DNA of 64,000 nt from Candidatus Sulfotelmatobacter sp. (GCA_049280095.1 JBAPPL010000028.1:260362-324361), one strand, 5' to 3'. Counted from the first letter of the stretch, positions 1-8,402 are shown. A program made the numbers and translations. The notes: generated by a model not told the origin, from the letters alone.

Positions 1-737
1 GCATTACCGTCCGCGAAGTCATGGTGGCCCGCCCTGACATTTTTTCCCTGCCCGCGGACCTAACCCTCGACGAAGCCCTGAACCGCGTTGTCGAAGGCCA
101 GCACTCCCGCATCCCGGTCTACGATCCGCAGCGCGGCCCCGAGCACATCGTCGGCGTCCTCTATTACAAAGAGCTGGTTCGCTGGGTGCGGCTTCGCCTG
201 ATCAATCTTGGGATGCCCCTGGCCTCGCGCATCGCACGGACCCAGATCAGCCAGATCATGCACGACGTCCTGGTCGTTCCTGAAACCAAAGTCCTGGCAG
301 AACTGCTGGCCGAATTCAAAGAGCGTCGCCGTCATCTTGCGGTCGTCGTCGACGAGTTCGGTTCTACGGCAGGCGTAATCACCGTCGAAGACATTCTCGA
401 ACAACTAGTCGGGGACATCGAAGACGAATTCGACGTGTCTCCACCCGAGCCCGAGTTGCAAGATGAATCCGTGCTGATCCTCGAAGGCGCAGTCAACATC
501 CGCGACCTCGAAACTCAGCACGGCCTGCTCCTGCCTCGCGACGCCGGATTCGAGACCCTCGCCGGATTCGTCCTGGCTCGTCTGCAACGCATCCCGTACT
601 TGGGAGAGTCCTTCGAATACGAAGGCCACCGCTACACGGTCGAAGAAATGGAAGGTCACCGCATCGCCAAAGTGAAGATCGAAAAGCTGGAAAACGTAGA
701 GGGCAGGCCGGAACCCGCGAAGCAGGCCGGAGACTGA
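1..737 (+). CDS. CBS-pair plus CorC_HlyC domain protein (CorC/TlyC-type), 5' end cut by window edge
   Basis: Frame is open from base 3 (ITVREVMVARPDI...). Contains VVVDEFGSTAGVITVEDILEQLVGDIEDEFD and a C-terminal CorC_HlyC-like segment. Stop at 735-737. Confidence 0.85.
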   Translation, partial: ITVREVMVARPDIFSLPADLTLDEALNRVVEGQHSRIPVYDPQRGPEHIVGVLYYKELVRWVRLRLINLGMPLASRIARTQISQIMHDVLVVPETKVLAELLAEFKERRRHLAVVVDEFGSTAGVITVEDILEQLVGDIEDEFDVSPPEPELQDESVLILEGAVNIRDLETQHGLLLPRDAGFETLAGFVLARLQRIPYLGESFEYEGHRYTVEEMEGHRIAKVKIEKLENVEGRPEPAKQAGD

Positions 738-751
738 AGACGCAAACCTGT

Positions 752-791
752 GTCATCCTGAGCGGAGCAGATGGATCGCGAAGCAAGGCAC
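752..791. repeat. REP-A element, half copy (GTCATCCTGAGCGGAGC core)
   Basis: The core at 752-768 is the reverse complement of the cores at 8326-8342 and 9173-9189. Confidence 0.7.
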
Positions 792-825
792 CGAAATATC
801 AAACGGCTTGGAGCACGTGTCCGCG

Positions 826-1287
826 ATGACAGTCAGACGGAAACTCGGTATCGCTGCTATTGTGCTGTTCGCAATAGGCGTCGTATGTTGGTTTGTGGTC
901 GATGACTTTCGCTCTATTGCTTATCTGGCATGGCGAGGGGCTTATTTCGCAGTACACCCCGTTCCACCTCGTTGCAAGCAGAGAGCAGCGGAGTTCAGAG
1001 CAAAGGTCGAACTTATACAACGAGACGCGAAGGACTCACGTAAAGTTGGGACAATGAAAGACGGCGTGGCCCGTTTCTTCGCGTCCGAGAACGTCCCCCT
1101 CATCTTCGATCAAATAGGGCAAGATCATGAGGCTACTGGCACGGTTGACTTCAAGGGCTTAGCCGAGTGTGGAAACGTTGCCTGCGGTGACGATTCTACG
1201 TCGATCGGGGTACGCGTCAAGGTGGACGTCGATGGAACTGTGGTGTCGGATCCCGTTGTTATAGGAATTTATACCAACTGCTTGTAG
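826..1287 (+). CDS. hypothetical membrane-anchored protein
   Basis: ORF with one N-terminal TM helix (LGIAAIVLFAIGVVCWFVV). No recognisable domain. ATG 826 chosen over TTG 808. Confidence 0.5.
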   Translation: MTVRRKLGIAAIVLFAIGVVCWFVVDDFRSIAYLAWRGAYFAVHPVPPRCKQRAAEFRAKVELIQRDAKDSRKVGTMKDGVARFFASENVPLIFDQIGQDHEATGTVDFKGLAECGNVACGDDSTSIGVRVKVDVDGTVVSDPVVIGIYTNCL

Positions 1288-1294
1288 CCCCCGA

Positions 1295-1329
1295 CGACTG
1301 AGAACTGAGAACCGAGAACTGAAAACTGT
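1295..1329. repeat. heptamer tandem array (GAACTGA-like, 5 units)
   Basis: Units read cgactga gaactga gaaccga gaactga aaactgt, directly at the 5' end of the permease gene. Confidence 0.8.
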
Positions 1330-2233
1330 ACTCCAACGCGTCCTCTACACTCTCCCAGTAATCTGGCTGGTAGTAAGCCTCGTCTTCTTACTAATCCACC
1401 TGGTGCCCGGAGACCCCATCCAGCAAATGCTGGGCGAAGGCGCGCCGCCCGCCGACATCCAAGCTACGCGCCACGCCTACGGACTCGACGCTCCGCTAGG
1501 CGAGCAATACCTCCACTACTGGAAAGGCGTTCTCCACGGCGACCTCGGCCCGTCGTTCCGCTATAACCAAAGCGTCACGCGCCTTATCGCCCAGCGCTAT
1601 CCCTACACGCTGCAGTTGACGCTGGCGTCGCTCTTCGTAGCAATAATCCTGTCGATCCCCGCAGGTGTGCGTTCCGCCCAGCGCCGCAACCGCTGGGATG
1701 ACCGCCTGCTCAGCGTAATCAGCCTCTTCGGCTTGTCGTTCCCCAACTTCGCGCTGGGCCCGATCCTGATTCTTCTCTTCGCCATCAAGTTGGGATGGCT
1801 CCCCGTCTCGGGCGCCGGTTCTTTCGCCAACATAATCCTCCCCGCCATCACCATGGGCGGAGCGCTAGCCGCCATCCTGACCCGCATGGTCCGCACCTCC
1901 ATGCTCGAAGAGCTAAGCCAGGACTACATCCGCACTGCCCGCGCCAAAGGCCTGCCCGAGCGCACGGTAGTCTACAAACACGCCCTGCGCAACGCCATGA
2001 TCCCCATCATCACCGTCCTCGGCCTGCAATTCGGCGCGCTGCTGGCAGGCGCAATCGTGACCGAAACCATCTTCTCCTGGCCTGGCATCGGCCGCTTGAC
2101 GATTCAAGCCATCTCGAATCGCGACTACTATCTGGTACAAGGCTGCATCCTGGCGATTGGATTGACCTACGTCGCCGTGAATTTTCTGACGGACGTTCTG
2201 TACTCGGTGGCGAACCCGAGGATCAGGCAGTAA
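1319..2233 (+). CDS. ABC transporter permease, DppB/OppB type (start codon uncertain)
   Basis: Contains LIHLVPGDPIQQMLGEG and YIRTARAKGLPERTVVYKHALRNAMIP motifs. The first canonical start in frame is GTG 1403. The conserved first helix (LKTVLQRVLYTLPVIWLVVSLVFLLIH) lies upstream in the same frame, which is open from 1265. CTG 1319 is a provisional start. Confidence 0.8.
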   Translation: MKTVLQRVLYTLPVIWLVVSLVFLLIHLVPGDPIQQMLGEGAPPADIQATRHAYGLDAPLGEQYLHYWKGVLHGDLGPSFRYNQSVTRLIAQRYPYTLQLTLASLFVAIILSIPAGVRSAQRRNRWDDRLLSVISLFGLSFPNFALGPILILLFAIKLGWLPVSGAGSFANIILPAITMGGALAAILTRMVRTSMLEELSQDYIRTARAKGLPERTVVYKHALRNAMIPIITVLGLQFGALLAGAIVTETIFSWPGIGRLTIQAISNRDYYLVQGCILAIGLTYVAVNFLTDVLYSVANPRIRQ

Positions 2234-2395
2234 GCCGCAAGAGTCATCGCTGACAGGCGCCGGGACGATTTGACGTAATTGAAACACGCTTCCACGAGTC
2301 CTTCTCTGAGTTTGTTGATTTTGGTTTTGGATGATTCAACCCGCGGCAAAGGCGCCGAAAAATAGGCCGGGACTTTCGGAGCGGCAAATTCATCC

Positions 2396-2424
2396 TTGAC
2401 TCGTATATATCATCATCATATGCT
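2396..2424 (+). promoter_or_regulatory. candidate sigma70-type promoter for vapBC
   Basis: TTGACT at 2396-2401, a 17-bp AT-rich spacer, then TATGCT at 2419-2424. GGGGGAGGA Shine-Dalgarno at 2441-2449 before ATG 2452. Confidence 0.35.
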
Positions 2425-2451
2425 GTATATACACAAGCGAGGGGGAGGACT

Positions 2452-2640
2452 ATGGCCGTAACCATGACTTCGATCCGCCTGGACACTCAATTAGCCGACG
2501 AGGCCGTGAAAGTCCTCGGCGCGAAATCCCGCACCGACGCCGTTCACATCGCCCTCCGCGAGATCGTTGCGCTCAAGCGCTTCAAGGCTCTGATGAAAAA
2601 GAACTCCGGCAAGCTCAAATTCTCCGGGCTTGATGAGTGA
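2452..2640 (+). CDS. vapB: type II antitoxin, VapB family
   Basis: 62-aa protein (MAVTMTSIRLDTQLADEAVKVLGAKSRTDAVHIALREIV). Overlaps the downstream PIN-domain gene by 8 nt. Confidence 0.8.
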   Translation: MAVTMTSIRLDTQLADEAVKVLGAKSRTDAVHIALREIVALKRFKALMKKNSGKLKFSGLDE

Positions 2641-3040
2641 CCTGGTCATCTTCGATACGTCGGTTCTGGTCGACGAGGCTCGCACCGGACGTCATCGCGA
2701 GAGCATCGCATCGGTCGGCGGCTTGGTCCGAACATCATCCGTCGTTCTCGCGGAACTGATGCGTGGTGTCATCGGGCCGGCGGAACACAAGTTCCTCCGC
2801 TCTCTAGCAAGAAACTACCCGATCTTAACTCCGACGCAAAAGAATTGGCTGGAGTCGGGCGAGGTACTGGCCAACATTCGCGCTGATCGCGGCTTCGAAC
2901 CACACAAATTGCGTGACCTGCATTTCGATGTACTAATCGCTCTCACCGCCCGCTCGTATGGCGCCCGCCTCATCACAACCAATCGGACAGATTTCGAGCT
3001 GATCAATCGATATCGCGAGATCAGGTTGGAAGTGTGGTGA
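2633..3040 (+). CDS. vapC: PIN-domain ribonuclease toxin, VapC family
   Basis: Acidic PIN residues fall in the FDTSV, LAEL, DVLIA and TTNRTDF contexts. Overlaps vapB. Confidence 0.85.
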   Translation: MSDLVIFDTSVLVDEARTGRHRESIASVGGLVRTSSVVLAELMRGVIGPAEHKFLRSLARNYPILTPTQKNWLESGEVLANIRADRGFEPHKLRDLHFDVLIALTARSYGARLITTNRTDFELINRYREIRLEVW

Positions 3041-3063
3041 GAAGGTAGCGCGATCAAAAGCTT

Positions 3064-3091
3064 AAAGGCGGGGCATGGCTGCCCCGCCTCT
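3064..3091. terminator. hairpin between convergent vapC and VOC genes
   Basis: 10-bp perfect stem, AGGCGGGGCA (3066-3075) with TGCCCCGCCT (3080-3089), and loop TGGC. The flanking U tract is weak (TTTAAG on the minus strand). Confidence 0.5.
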
Positions 3092-3101
3092 TGAAACGAA
3101 A

Positions 3102-3575
3102 CTACGCTGCCTGCATCACTTTCTTCATCCGTTCTTTCATCTCCTGCGGGGAGACATCTTCCACATGCGTGGCCACGCTCCAGAAATGTCCGAAGGGATC
3201 TTGAATGAAGCCGGAGCGGTCGCCGTAAAACTGGTCCTGCACCGGCTTCAGGATTTTCGCGCCCTCGGCCTTCGCGCGCTCAACTACGCGATCGACGTCG
3301 GGAAGATACACGTACAGGCTTACCGGGCTTCCGCCGACCGCGGTCGCGCTGGTGTGTCCCTGCCCCATGCCGGGATTTTCGTCAGCCAGCATGATGTGCG
3401 AGTTGCCGATTTTCAACTCGGCGTGACCCACTTTGCCGTCAGGGCCATTCATGCGAACGGTTTCGACCGCGCCGAAAACCTTCTTGTAGTATTCAATCGC
3501 CTGGGCCGCGCCTTTGATGATTAGGTAGGGAGTGACGTTGTTGTAGTCCTTGGGAATGTACGAAACTTTACTCAT
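3102..3575 (-). CDS. VOC/glyoxalase-family protein (PhnB-like)
   Basis: MSKVSYIPKDYNNVTPYLIIKGAAQAIEYYKKVFGA...HAELKIGNSHIMLADE...QFYGDRSGFIQDPFGHFWSVATH matches the family pattern. Confidence 0.8.
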   Translation of the reverse strand: MSKVSYIPKDYNNVTPYLIIKGAAQAIEYYKKVFGAVETVRMNGPDGKVGHAELKIGNSHIMLADENPGMGQGHTSATAVGGSPVSLYVYLPDVDRVVERAKAEGAKILKPVQDQFYGDRSGFIQDPFGHFWSVATHVEDVSPQEMKERMKKVMQAA

Positions 3576-3714
3576 GATTGTTCCTCCTTGGAATGTAGGC
3601 TAAGGGTGGAGGTTTGTGGCGCGCATGCGGAGAAGCTACGCGTCCCAGCACTGCCCCTATCAAAACACAATTTGGGAGACGACTCAAGACCGATCCGCGG
3701 GTTAAGATTCCTCT

Positions 3715-4584
3715 ATGTCCAGCACCGCCATCTCGTTCCGTCACCGGGTTACCGGAAATGCCCGCCACAATCCGCTGGCGGCGACCGGCGTGGTGCTGGT
3801 GATCATCTTCATAATCTTCGCCCTCTTCGCTCCCTGGATCGCGCCGCAGGATCCTGCCGCCATCAATCTTCCTGCGCGCCTCGACCCTCCGTCCCACGCG
3901 CACTGGTTCGGCACCGACGAGCTCGGCCGCGACATTCTCTCGCGCATCGTCTACGGCGCGCGCATCTCGATGCTGGTGGGAAGCTGCGTTGTCGTCGCGT
4001 CGCTCGCACTCGGACTCATCATCGGTTCCATCGCCGGCTACTACGGCGGAGGCATCGACCGCTTCGTCAACGTGGTCTTGATGAACGCGTTCCTCTCGTT
4101 CCCCGGAATCCTTCTCGCCATTGCGTTCGTAGCCTTCCGCGGCCCTGGCATCTTCAATCTGGTTCTCGCGCTTTCACTGGGCGGCTGGGTCGGCTACGCC
4201 CGCCTGGTGCGCGGACAAGTCCTCGCCGCGCGCGAACGCGAATTCGTCGAAGCCGCCCGGGCCCTCGGAGCGAGCGACCTCAGAATCATCGTCCGCCACA
4301 TTCTGCCGAACATTATTCAGCCTGTGATCGTGCAGGCTGCCATCGGTATGGCCGGAGCCATCCTCGCCGAAGCCACAATGAGCTTTCTAGGTCTCGGCGT
4401 TCCACCGCCCACGGCCAGTTGGGGCACGATGCTCAACGACGGCCGCGCCCACCTGTTTGACGCGCCCCATCTCGTGCTGTTTCCCGCGCTCGCCGTGATG
4501 CTGGCGGTGTTGTCGTTCAACTTTATCGGCGACGCTCTACGCGACTATCTCGACCCCCGCTCCCGCATCGAAGCCGGACTCTAA
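3715..4584 (+). CDS. ABC transporter permease, DppC/OppC type
   Basis: Contains FAPWIAPQDP and EFVEAARALGASDLRIIVRHILPN motifs. About six TM segments. Confidence 0.9.
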   Translation: MSSTAISFRHRVTGNARHNPLAATGVVLVIIFIIFALFAPWIAPQDPAAINLPARLDPPSHAHWFGTDELGRDILSRIVYGARISMLVGSCVVVASLALGLIIGSIAGYYGGGIDRFVNVVLMNAFLSFPGILLAIAFVAFRGPGIFNLVLALSLGGWVGYARLVRGQVLAAREREFVEAARALGASDLRIIVRHILPNIIQPVIVQAAIGMAGAILAEATMSFLGLGVPPPTASWGTMLNDGRAHLFDAPHLVLFPALAVMLAVLSFNFIGDALRDYLDPRSRIEAGL

Positions 4585-4620
4585 CCCCGCAACTCATTCA
4601 ATACACGCCAAATCGACTTC

Positions 4621-4649
4621 TTGACATACATTGCATATTGCAATATATA
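4621..4649 (+). promoter_or_regulatory. near-consensus sigma70-type promoter with embedded palindrome (candidate operator)
   Basis: TTGACA at 4621-4626, a 17-bp spacer, then TATATA at 4644-4649. Inverted repeat ATTGCA-TAT-TGCAAT at 4630-4644. The ATG of the XRE gene is at 4666, so the leader is very short. Confidence 0.6.
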
Positions 4650-4665
4650 TATAGCGATCTGAGAT

Positions 4666-5220
4666 ATGAAACTGGGGGAGAAAATACGTTACCTGCGTGA
4701 GGTGGAAGGTTCACTGCGCGGCCTCGATCGCCCCATCACTCAGCAGGAGATGGTCAAGGCGATCCGGCAGGAACTGCGCAAGAGCATCAGCCAGTCGTAC
4801 TTGTCGCAGATCGAGAGCGGGTCGCGGCCGCACATGACGCAGTCGTCACGTGCGTTGCTGGCCAAGTTCTTCAAGGTTCATCCCGGTTTTTTGGTGGATG
4901 ACCCTGAGGGTTATCACACGGAGCTGACTTCAGATCTACGTACGACCGAAGGCCAGCTTGATGTCTGGTTGCTGCAGGGATCGGAGCGCTTCGTCAGCGA
5001 TCCGGAAGTGAGCGAGGTGCTGATCAAGGCCGCGCGCGAGAAAGACACGAGACGCTGCCTGCTGCTGTTGGGCGCGATTCTCGACACGCCGGGCTTGGCC
5101 GAACGTCTGCTCGAAGCCCTGCGGCCGGATTTAGTAGCAAGAGGAAATCATCGCCAAGTAAGCCGGGGACAAGAAGATCACGGTCGCGCCGCGGAGGCAG
5201 AAGGGAGAAGAACCCGATGA
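4666..5220 (+). CDS. XRE-family helix-turn-helix transcriptional regulator
   Basis: HTH segment ITQQEMVKAIRQELRKSISQSYLSQIESGSRPHMTQSSRALLAKFF. Its stop overlaps the next start (ATGA). Confidence 0.8.
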   Translation: MKLGEKIRYLREVEGSLRGLDRPITQQEMVKAIRQELRKSISQSYLSQIESGSRPHMTQSSRALLAKFFKVHPGFLVDDPEGYHTELTSDLRTTEGQLDVWLLQGSERFVSDPEVSEVLIKAAREKDTRRCLLLLGAILDTPGLAERLLEALRPDLVARGNHRQVSRGQEDHGRAAEAEGRRTR

Positions 5221-5888
5221 ACTACTCCATAACCTGGGCGAACTTTTACCTCGTATGTTTCGCGGTCGGTTTCTGCCTGAGTTTTTTTTCTTTCGTGTTC
5301 GGAGGTTCGCGCACAGGCCGTCTTCATCTGCCTCACTTTCATGGGCACGTCGGCGGCGCACATCTACCTGCTGCCGGCGCGGGGCACGGTCCGGTTACGA
5401 CCGGTCACGCGCCGGTTGCAACCGATGCATCAGTTGCCGCGAGCAACGCACACGCGCAGCGAGGCGGCGGGGTTTCGCCTTTCAACTTCGTCACGCTAAC
5501 CGCGTTCCTGGCCTGGTTTGGCGGGGCTGGCTTCCTGCTCACGCGCTACTCTGGCCTTTGGGTCGGCTTCGGATTGCTGGCTTCGGCCACCAGCGGGCTG
5601 ATTGGTGGAGGCATCGTCTTCCTATTCCTGAGCAAGGTGTTGATCTCAGAGGACGAGAACATGGACCCCGCGGACTACGAAATGGTTGGAGTGCTGGGGC
5701 GAATCTGCAGTCCGATTCGCGCAGGCGGAACCGGCGAAATCATTTACACGCAGATGGGCACGCGGCGTGTCTGCGGGGCGCGCAGCGACGAGGGCAGCGT
5801 CATCGCGAAAGGGACTGAAGTCGTGGTCACGCGCTACGAAAAGGGAATTGCCTATGTGCGGCTGTGGAGCGAAATGTCCGGGGAATGA
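5217..5888 (+). CDS. NfeD-family membrane protein
   Basis: TM helices followed by a C-terminal OB-like NfeD segment (GVLGRICSPIRAGGTGEIIYTQMGTRRVCGARSDEGSVIAKGTEVVVTRYEKGIAYV). Lies upstream of a flotillin gene. Confidence 0.75.
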   Translation: MNYSITWANFYLVCFAVGFCLSFFSFVFGGSRTGRLHLPHFHGHVGGAHLPAAGAGHGPVTTGHAPVATDASVAASNAHAQRGGGVSPFNFVTLTAFLAWFGGAGFLLTRYSGLWVGFGLLASATSGLIGGGIVFLFLSKVLISEDENMDPADYEMVGVLGRICSPIRAGGTGEIIYTQMGTRRVCGARSDEGSVIAKGTEVVVTRYEKGIAYVRLWSEMSGE

Positions 5889-5938
5889 GTAAAGCGTGCT
5901 TGGCATTCAGGCTTTGCATGGTTCGGTGAGGAGACGCT

Positions 5939-6346
5939 ATGGAACGAAAATTGTTTCAAATCGCGGTAGGGCTGACGTGGCTGGCGTTGCCGTTGACTGC
6001 ACTGAACTACTGGAGGGCTTGGGATCTCCTGCCGCCGCGAATGGCGGTGCATTTCGACATCAATTGGCAGCCCAACGGCTATACGTCGCGCGAGGGATCG
6101 TTAATGCTGGCGCTGGGGACAACAGCCTTTTTGCTATTGATTTTTACGATCGCCAGCTACGCCGCGGGCAGTGCGTCGGTTTCGAGTTTGGCGAAGTGGT
6201 CGATGGTGGCCGTCTTTTATGTCGCGTTGGGTTTTGTTTTTTACGTAAATAACTGGATCGTGGATCGCAACCTGAGCGGGCAGCCGCGTAGCGAAGTAAT
6301 TGTTCCTCGTGATTTGAATGCGGGAGGTGGGTTCCCTCAGGGCTAA
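5939..6346 (+). CDS. small integral membrane protein, DUF1648-like
   Basis: Four predicted TM segments. LPPRMAVHFDINWQPNGYTSRE resembles the DUF1648/SdpI N-terminal motif. Confidence 0.5.
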   Translation: MERKLFQIAVGLTWLALPLTALNYWRAWDLLPPRMAVHFDINWQPNGYTSREGSLMLALGTTAFLLLIFTIASYAAGSASVSSLAKWSMVAVFYVALGFVFYVNNWIVDRNLSGQPRSEVIVPRDLNAGGGFPQG

Positions 6347-6388
6347 AGCCCGAAGTGATTTGGGATTTACGCGGCGCTGAAGCGCCGC
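6340..6388. repeat. REP-B GC hairpins
   Basis: GGGC-TAAA-GCCC at 6340-6351 and GCGGCGC-TGAA-GCGCCGC at 6371-6388. Same style as the hairpins at 37700-37762. Confidence 0.6.
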
Positions 6389-6489
6389 TCTTCCACGGTA
6401 CTGCAAGCGTTTTATGAGGTTCTCAACAACGTGTGTGGCTTGGTCTTGAATATTGAACTTGTGGAACTGCATTCGTAGAAGGAGGCGTT

Positions 6490-7932
6490 ATGCCGGAGAT
6501 GTCACGGATGGTCGAGATTTGGATTTTCGCCGGGCTGGGGGTGATGGTCCTTCTGTTCCTGATGAGCGGAATGGCCAGGCTATATCGCAAAGCGGGGCCG
6601 CACGAAGCACTCATCGTGTATGGCCTGGGCGGGACGCGCGTGGTGCAGGGACACGGCACGCTGGTTCTGCCCATGGTGCAAGTGTGCCGCGATCTGTCCC
6701 TGGAACTGATGTCGTTTGACGTGGCGCCGCAACAGGATCTCTACACCAAGCAAGGCGTGGCGGTGACGGTGGAAGCGGTTGCGCAAATCAAAGTGAAGTC
6801 CGACCGCGAGTCGGTGCTGACGGCTGCCGAGCAGTTTCTCACCAAGACTGATCAAGAGCGTGAGGGGCTGATCCGGCTGGTGATGGAGGGCCACCTGCGC
6901 GGCATTATCGGCCAGCTTACGGTGGAAGAAATCGTGAAGCAGCCGGAAATGGTTTCCGACCGCATGCGCTCCACATGTGCGGAGGACATGAACAAGATGG
7001 GGCTCGAGGTGATCTCGTTCACCATCAAGGAAGTTCGAGACAAGAACGAATACATCACCAACATGGGCAAGCCCGATGTAGCGCGCATCAAGCGCGACGC
7101 AGACGTGGCCACCGCGGAAGCCGACCGCGACACCGCGATCAAGCGCGCACTGGCGCAGCGGGAAGCGGCTGTAGCCAAGGCGCAGGCTGATCAGGAACGG
7201 GTGCTGGCGGAAACTTTGTCGCTGGCCAAGCAGGCCGAATCGCAGCGCGACCTCGAAGTGAAGAAGGCGCAGTTCCTGGAAGTCACAAAACGCCAGCAGG
7301 CGCAGGCTGACAAGGCTTATGACATCCAGACCAACATCATGCAGCAGCAGGTGGTGGCGGAGCAGGTGAAGGTGCAGCAGATCGAGAAAGAACAGCAGGT
7401 CAAAGTGCAGGAAGCGGAAATCAATCGCCGCGAGAAAGAACTGATCGCAACCGTACTGAAGCCGGCGGAAATCGATCGTCAACGGATTGAGACCCTGGCC
7501 GCGGCCGAGAAGCAGCGCCTGATCGCGGAAGCGGAAGGCCATGCGTCATCGATACGGGCACAAGGCGAGGCTGAGTCCGAAATCATTTTCAAAAAAGGCG
7601 AAGCTGAAGCCAAGGCCATGAACGTCAAGGCTGAGGCATATCAGGAATACAACCAGGCGGCAGTGATTGACCGGCTGTTTACGGCAATGCCGGAAGTGGT
7701 GAGGGCGCTGGCCAGTCCGCTGGCGAACGTCGACAAGATCACCATTGTCTCGACTGGAAACGGTGATGCTTCCGGGATGAACAAGATCACGGGCGATATC
7801 ACCAAGATGGCGGCGCAGGTGCCGGCGTTATTCGAGACGCTCTCCGGCATGCCGTTGTCGGAACTGTTGGGCAAGGTGCGGCAGATCGGAGACAAATCGC
7901 CGAAGCCGCCAGTGGTTGAAACGACGAAGTAG
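6490..7932 (+). CDS. flotillin-family SPFH/Band-7 protein
   Basis: N-terminal TM and SPFH core, then long Ala/Glu/Gln-rich coiled-coil repeats (AEADRDTAIKRALAQREAAVAKAQADQERVLAE...). Confidence 0.9.
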   Translation: MPEMSRMVEIWIFAGLGVMVLLFLMSGMARLYRKAGPHEALIVYGLGGTRVVQGHGTLVLPMVQVCRDLSLELMSFDVAPQQDLYTKQGVAVTVEAVAQIKVKSDRESVLTAAEQFLTKTDQEREGLIRLVMEGHLRGIIGQLTVEEIVKQPEMVSDRMRSTCAEDMNKMGLEVISFTIKEVRDKNEYITNMGKPDVARIKRDADVATAEADRDTAIKRALAQREAAVAKAQADQERVLAETLSLAKQAESQRDLEVKKAQFLEVTKRQQAQADKAYDIQTNIMQQQVVAEQVKVQQIEKEQQVKVQEAEINRREKELIATVLKPAEIDRQRIETLAAAEKQRLIAEAEGHASSIRAQGEAESEIIFKKGEAEAKAMNVKAEAYQEYNQAAVIDRLFTAMPEVVRALASPLANVDKITIVSTGNGDASGMNKITGDITKMAAQVPALFETLSGMPLSELLGKVRQIGDKSPKPPVVETTK

Positions 7933-7945
7933 GAAAGCTCACTTG

Positions 7946-7969
7946 GGGACAGCCGCCCTCGGCTGTCCC
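7946..7969. repeat. GC hairpin (REP/terminator-like) after the flotillin gene
   Basis: 10-bp perfect stem GGGACAGCCG / CGGCTGTCCC with loop CCCT. No T tract follows. Confidence 0.55.
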
Positions 7970-8005
7970 GCGAGCGAAGCGAGGCGCAGAGCTTGGAGCT
8001 GAAAT

Positions 8006-8227
8006 ATGAATCGCAAATCGAAAGGAATTGGGGCAGGCATTGCATCAGGCGCGGCGCTGGGCGCGGTCGCCGGCGTTCTGGCGGGGCATGTTGCGATCTG
8101 GCTTGGCATCGGAATCGCGATTGGAGTGGCACTCGGAGCATCGTTCCGACGGACCGAGAAGGTATGTCCCGAGTGCGCGGTGATCCATCGGAAGCATGAA
8201 GTGAGCGGCAGGCAGCTGGGAGGGTAG
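8006..8227 (+). CDS. glycine-zipper miniprotein with C-terminal CPEC motif
   Basis: 73 aa, GIGAGIASGAALGAVAGVLAGHVAIWLGIGIAIGVALGA followed by KVCPECAVIHRKHE. Same strand as flotillin and pspA. Confidence 0.5.
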   Translation: MNRKSKGIGAGIASGAALGAVAGVLAGHVAIWLGIGIAIGVALGASFRRTEKVCPECAVIHRKHEVSGRQLGG

Positions 8228-8282
8228 AGGGCGTGATTGAAATGCCCTGCGGAGCTGGTTGGTGGTTTTGAAAGACAAGGGG

Positions 8283-8343
8283 TCCTTCGACTCCGCAAGC
8301 GCTTGCGCTAGGCGCGCAACCGCTCGCTCCGCTCAGGATGACA
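8283..8343. repeat. REP-A element
   Basis: CTTCGACTCCGCA followed by GCTCCGCTCAGGATGAC (8326-8342). Same orientation as the copy at 9133-9190. Confidence 0.7.
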
Positions 8344-8366
8344 ATTTGGGAAGTGCAAGAAAGCGA

Positions 8367-8387
8367 GAAGCTAGAAGCTAGAAGCTA
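8367..8387. repeat. heptamer tandem array (GAAGCTA x3)
   Basis: Three perfect units immediately upstream of the AAGGAG Shine-Dalgarno (8391-8396) of pspA. Confidence 0.8.
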
Positions 8388-8402
8388 AAAAAGGAGTCCA
8401 CC

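Noticed and set aside
2167-2486. Minus-strand ORFs (60 and 80 aa) in the gap before vapB, considered as a remnant of a mobile-element gene.
   Set aside because: I could recognise no transposase, integrase or toxin motif. The region is better explained as the vapBC promoter and leader.
6580-7542. 320-aa ORF antisense to the flotillin gene. Similar long antisense or alternate-frame ORFs occur at 13538-14614, 42592-43884, 37853-38950, 3588-4460, 8488-9222, 55463-56335, 45819-46790, 35226-35834 and 31598-32521.
   Set aside because: Each overlaps a gene with clear family motifs on the other strand or frame. Their translations are Arg/Leu/His-rich low-complexity sequence, as expected for shadow ORFs in high-GC DNA.
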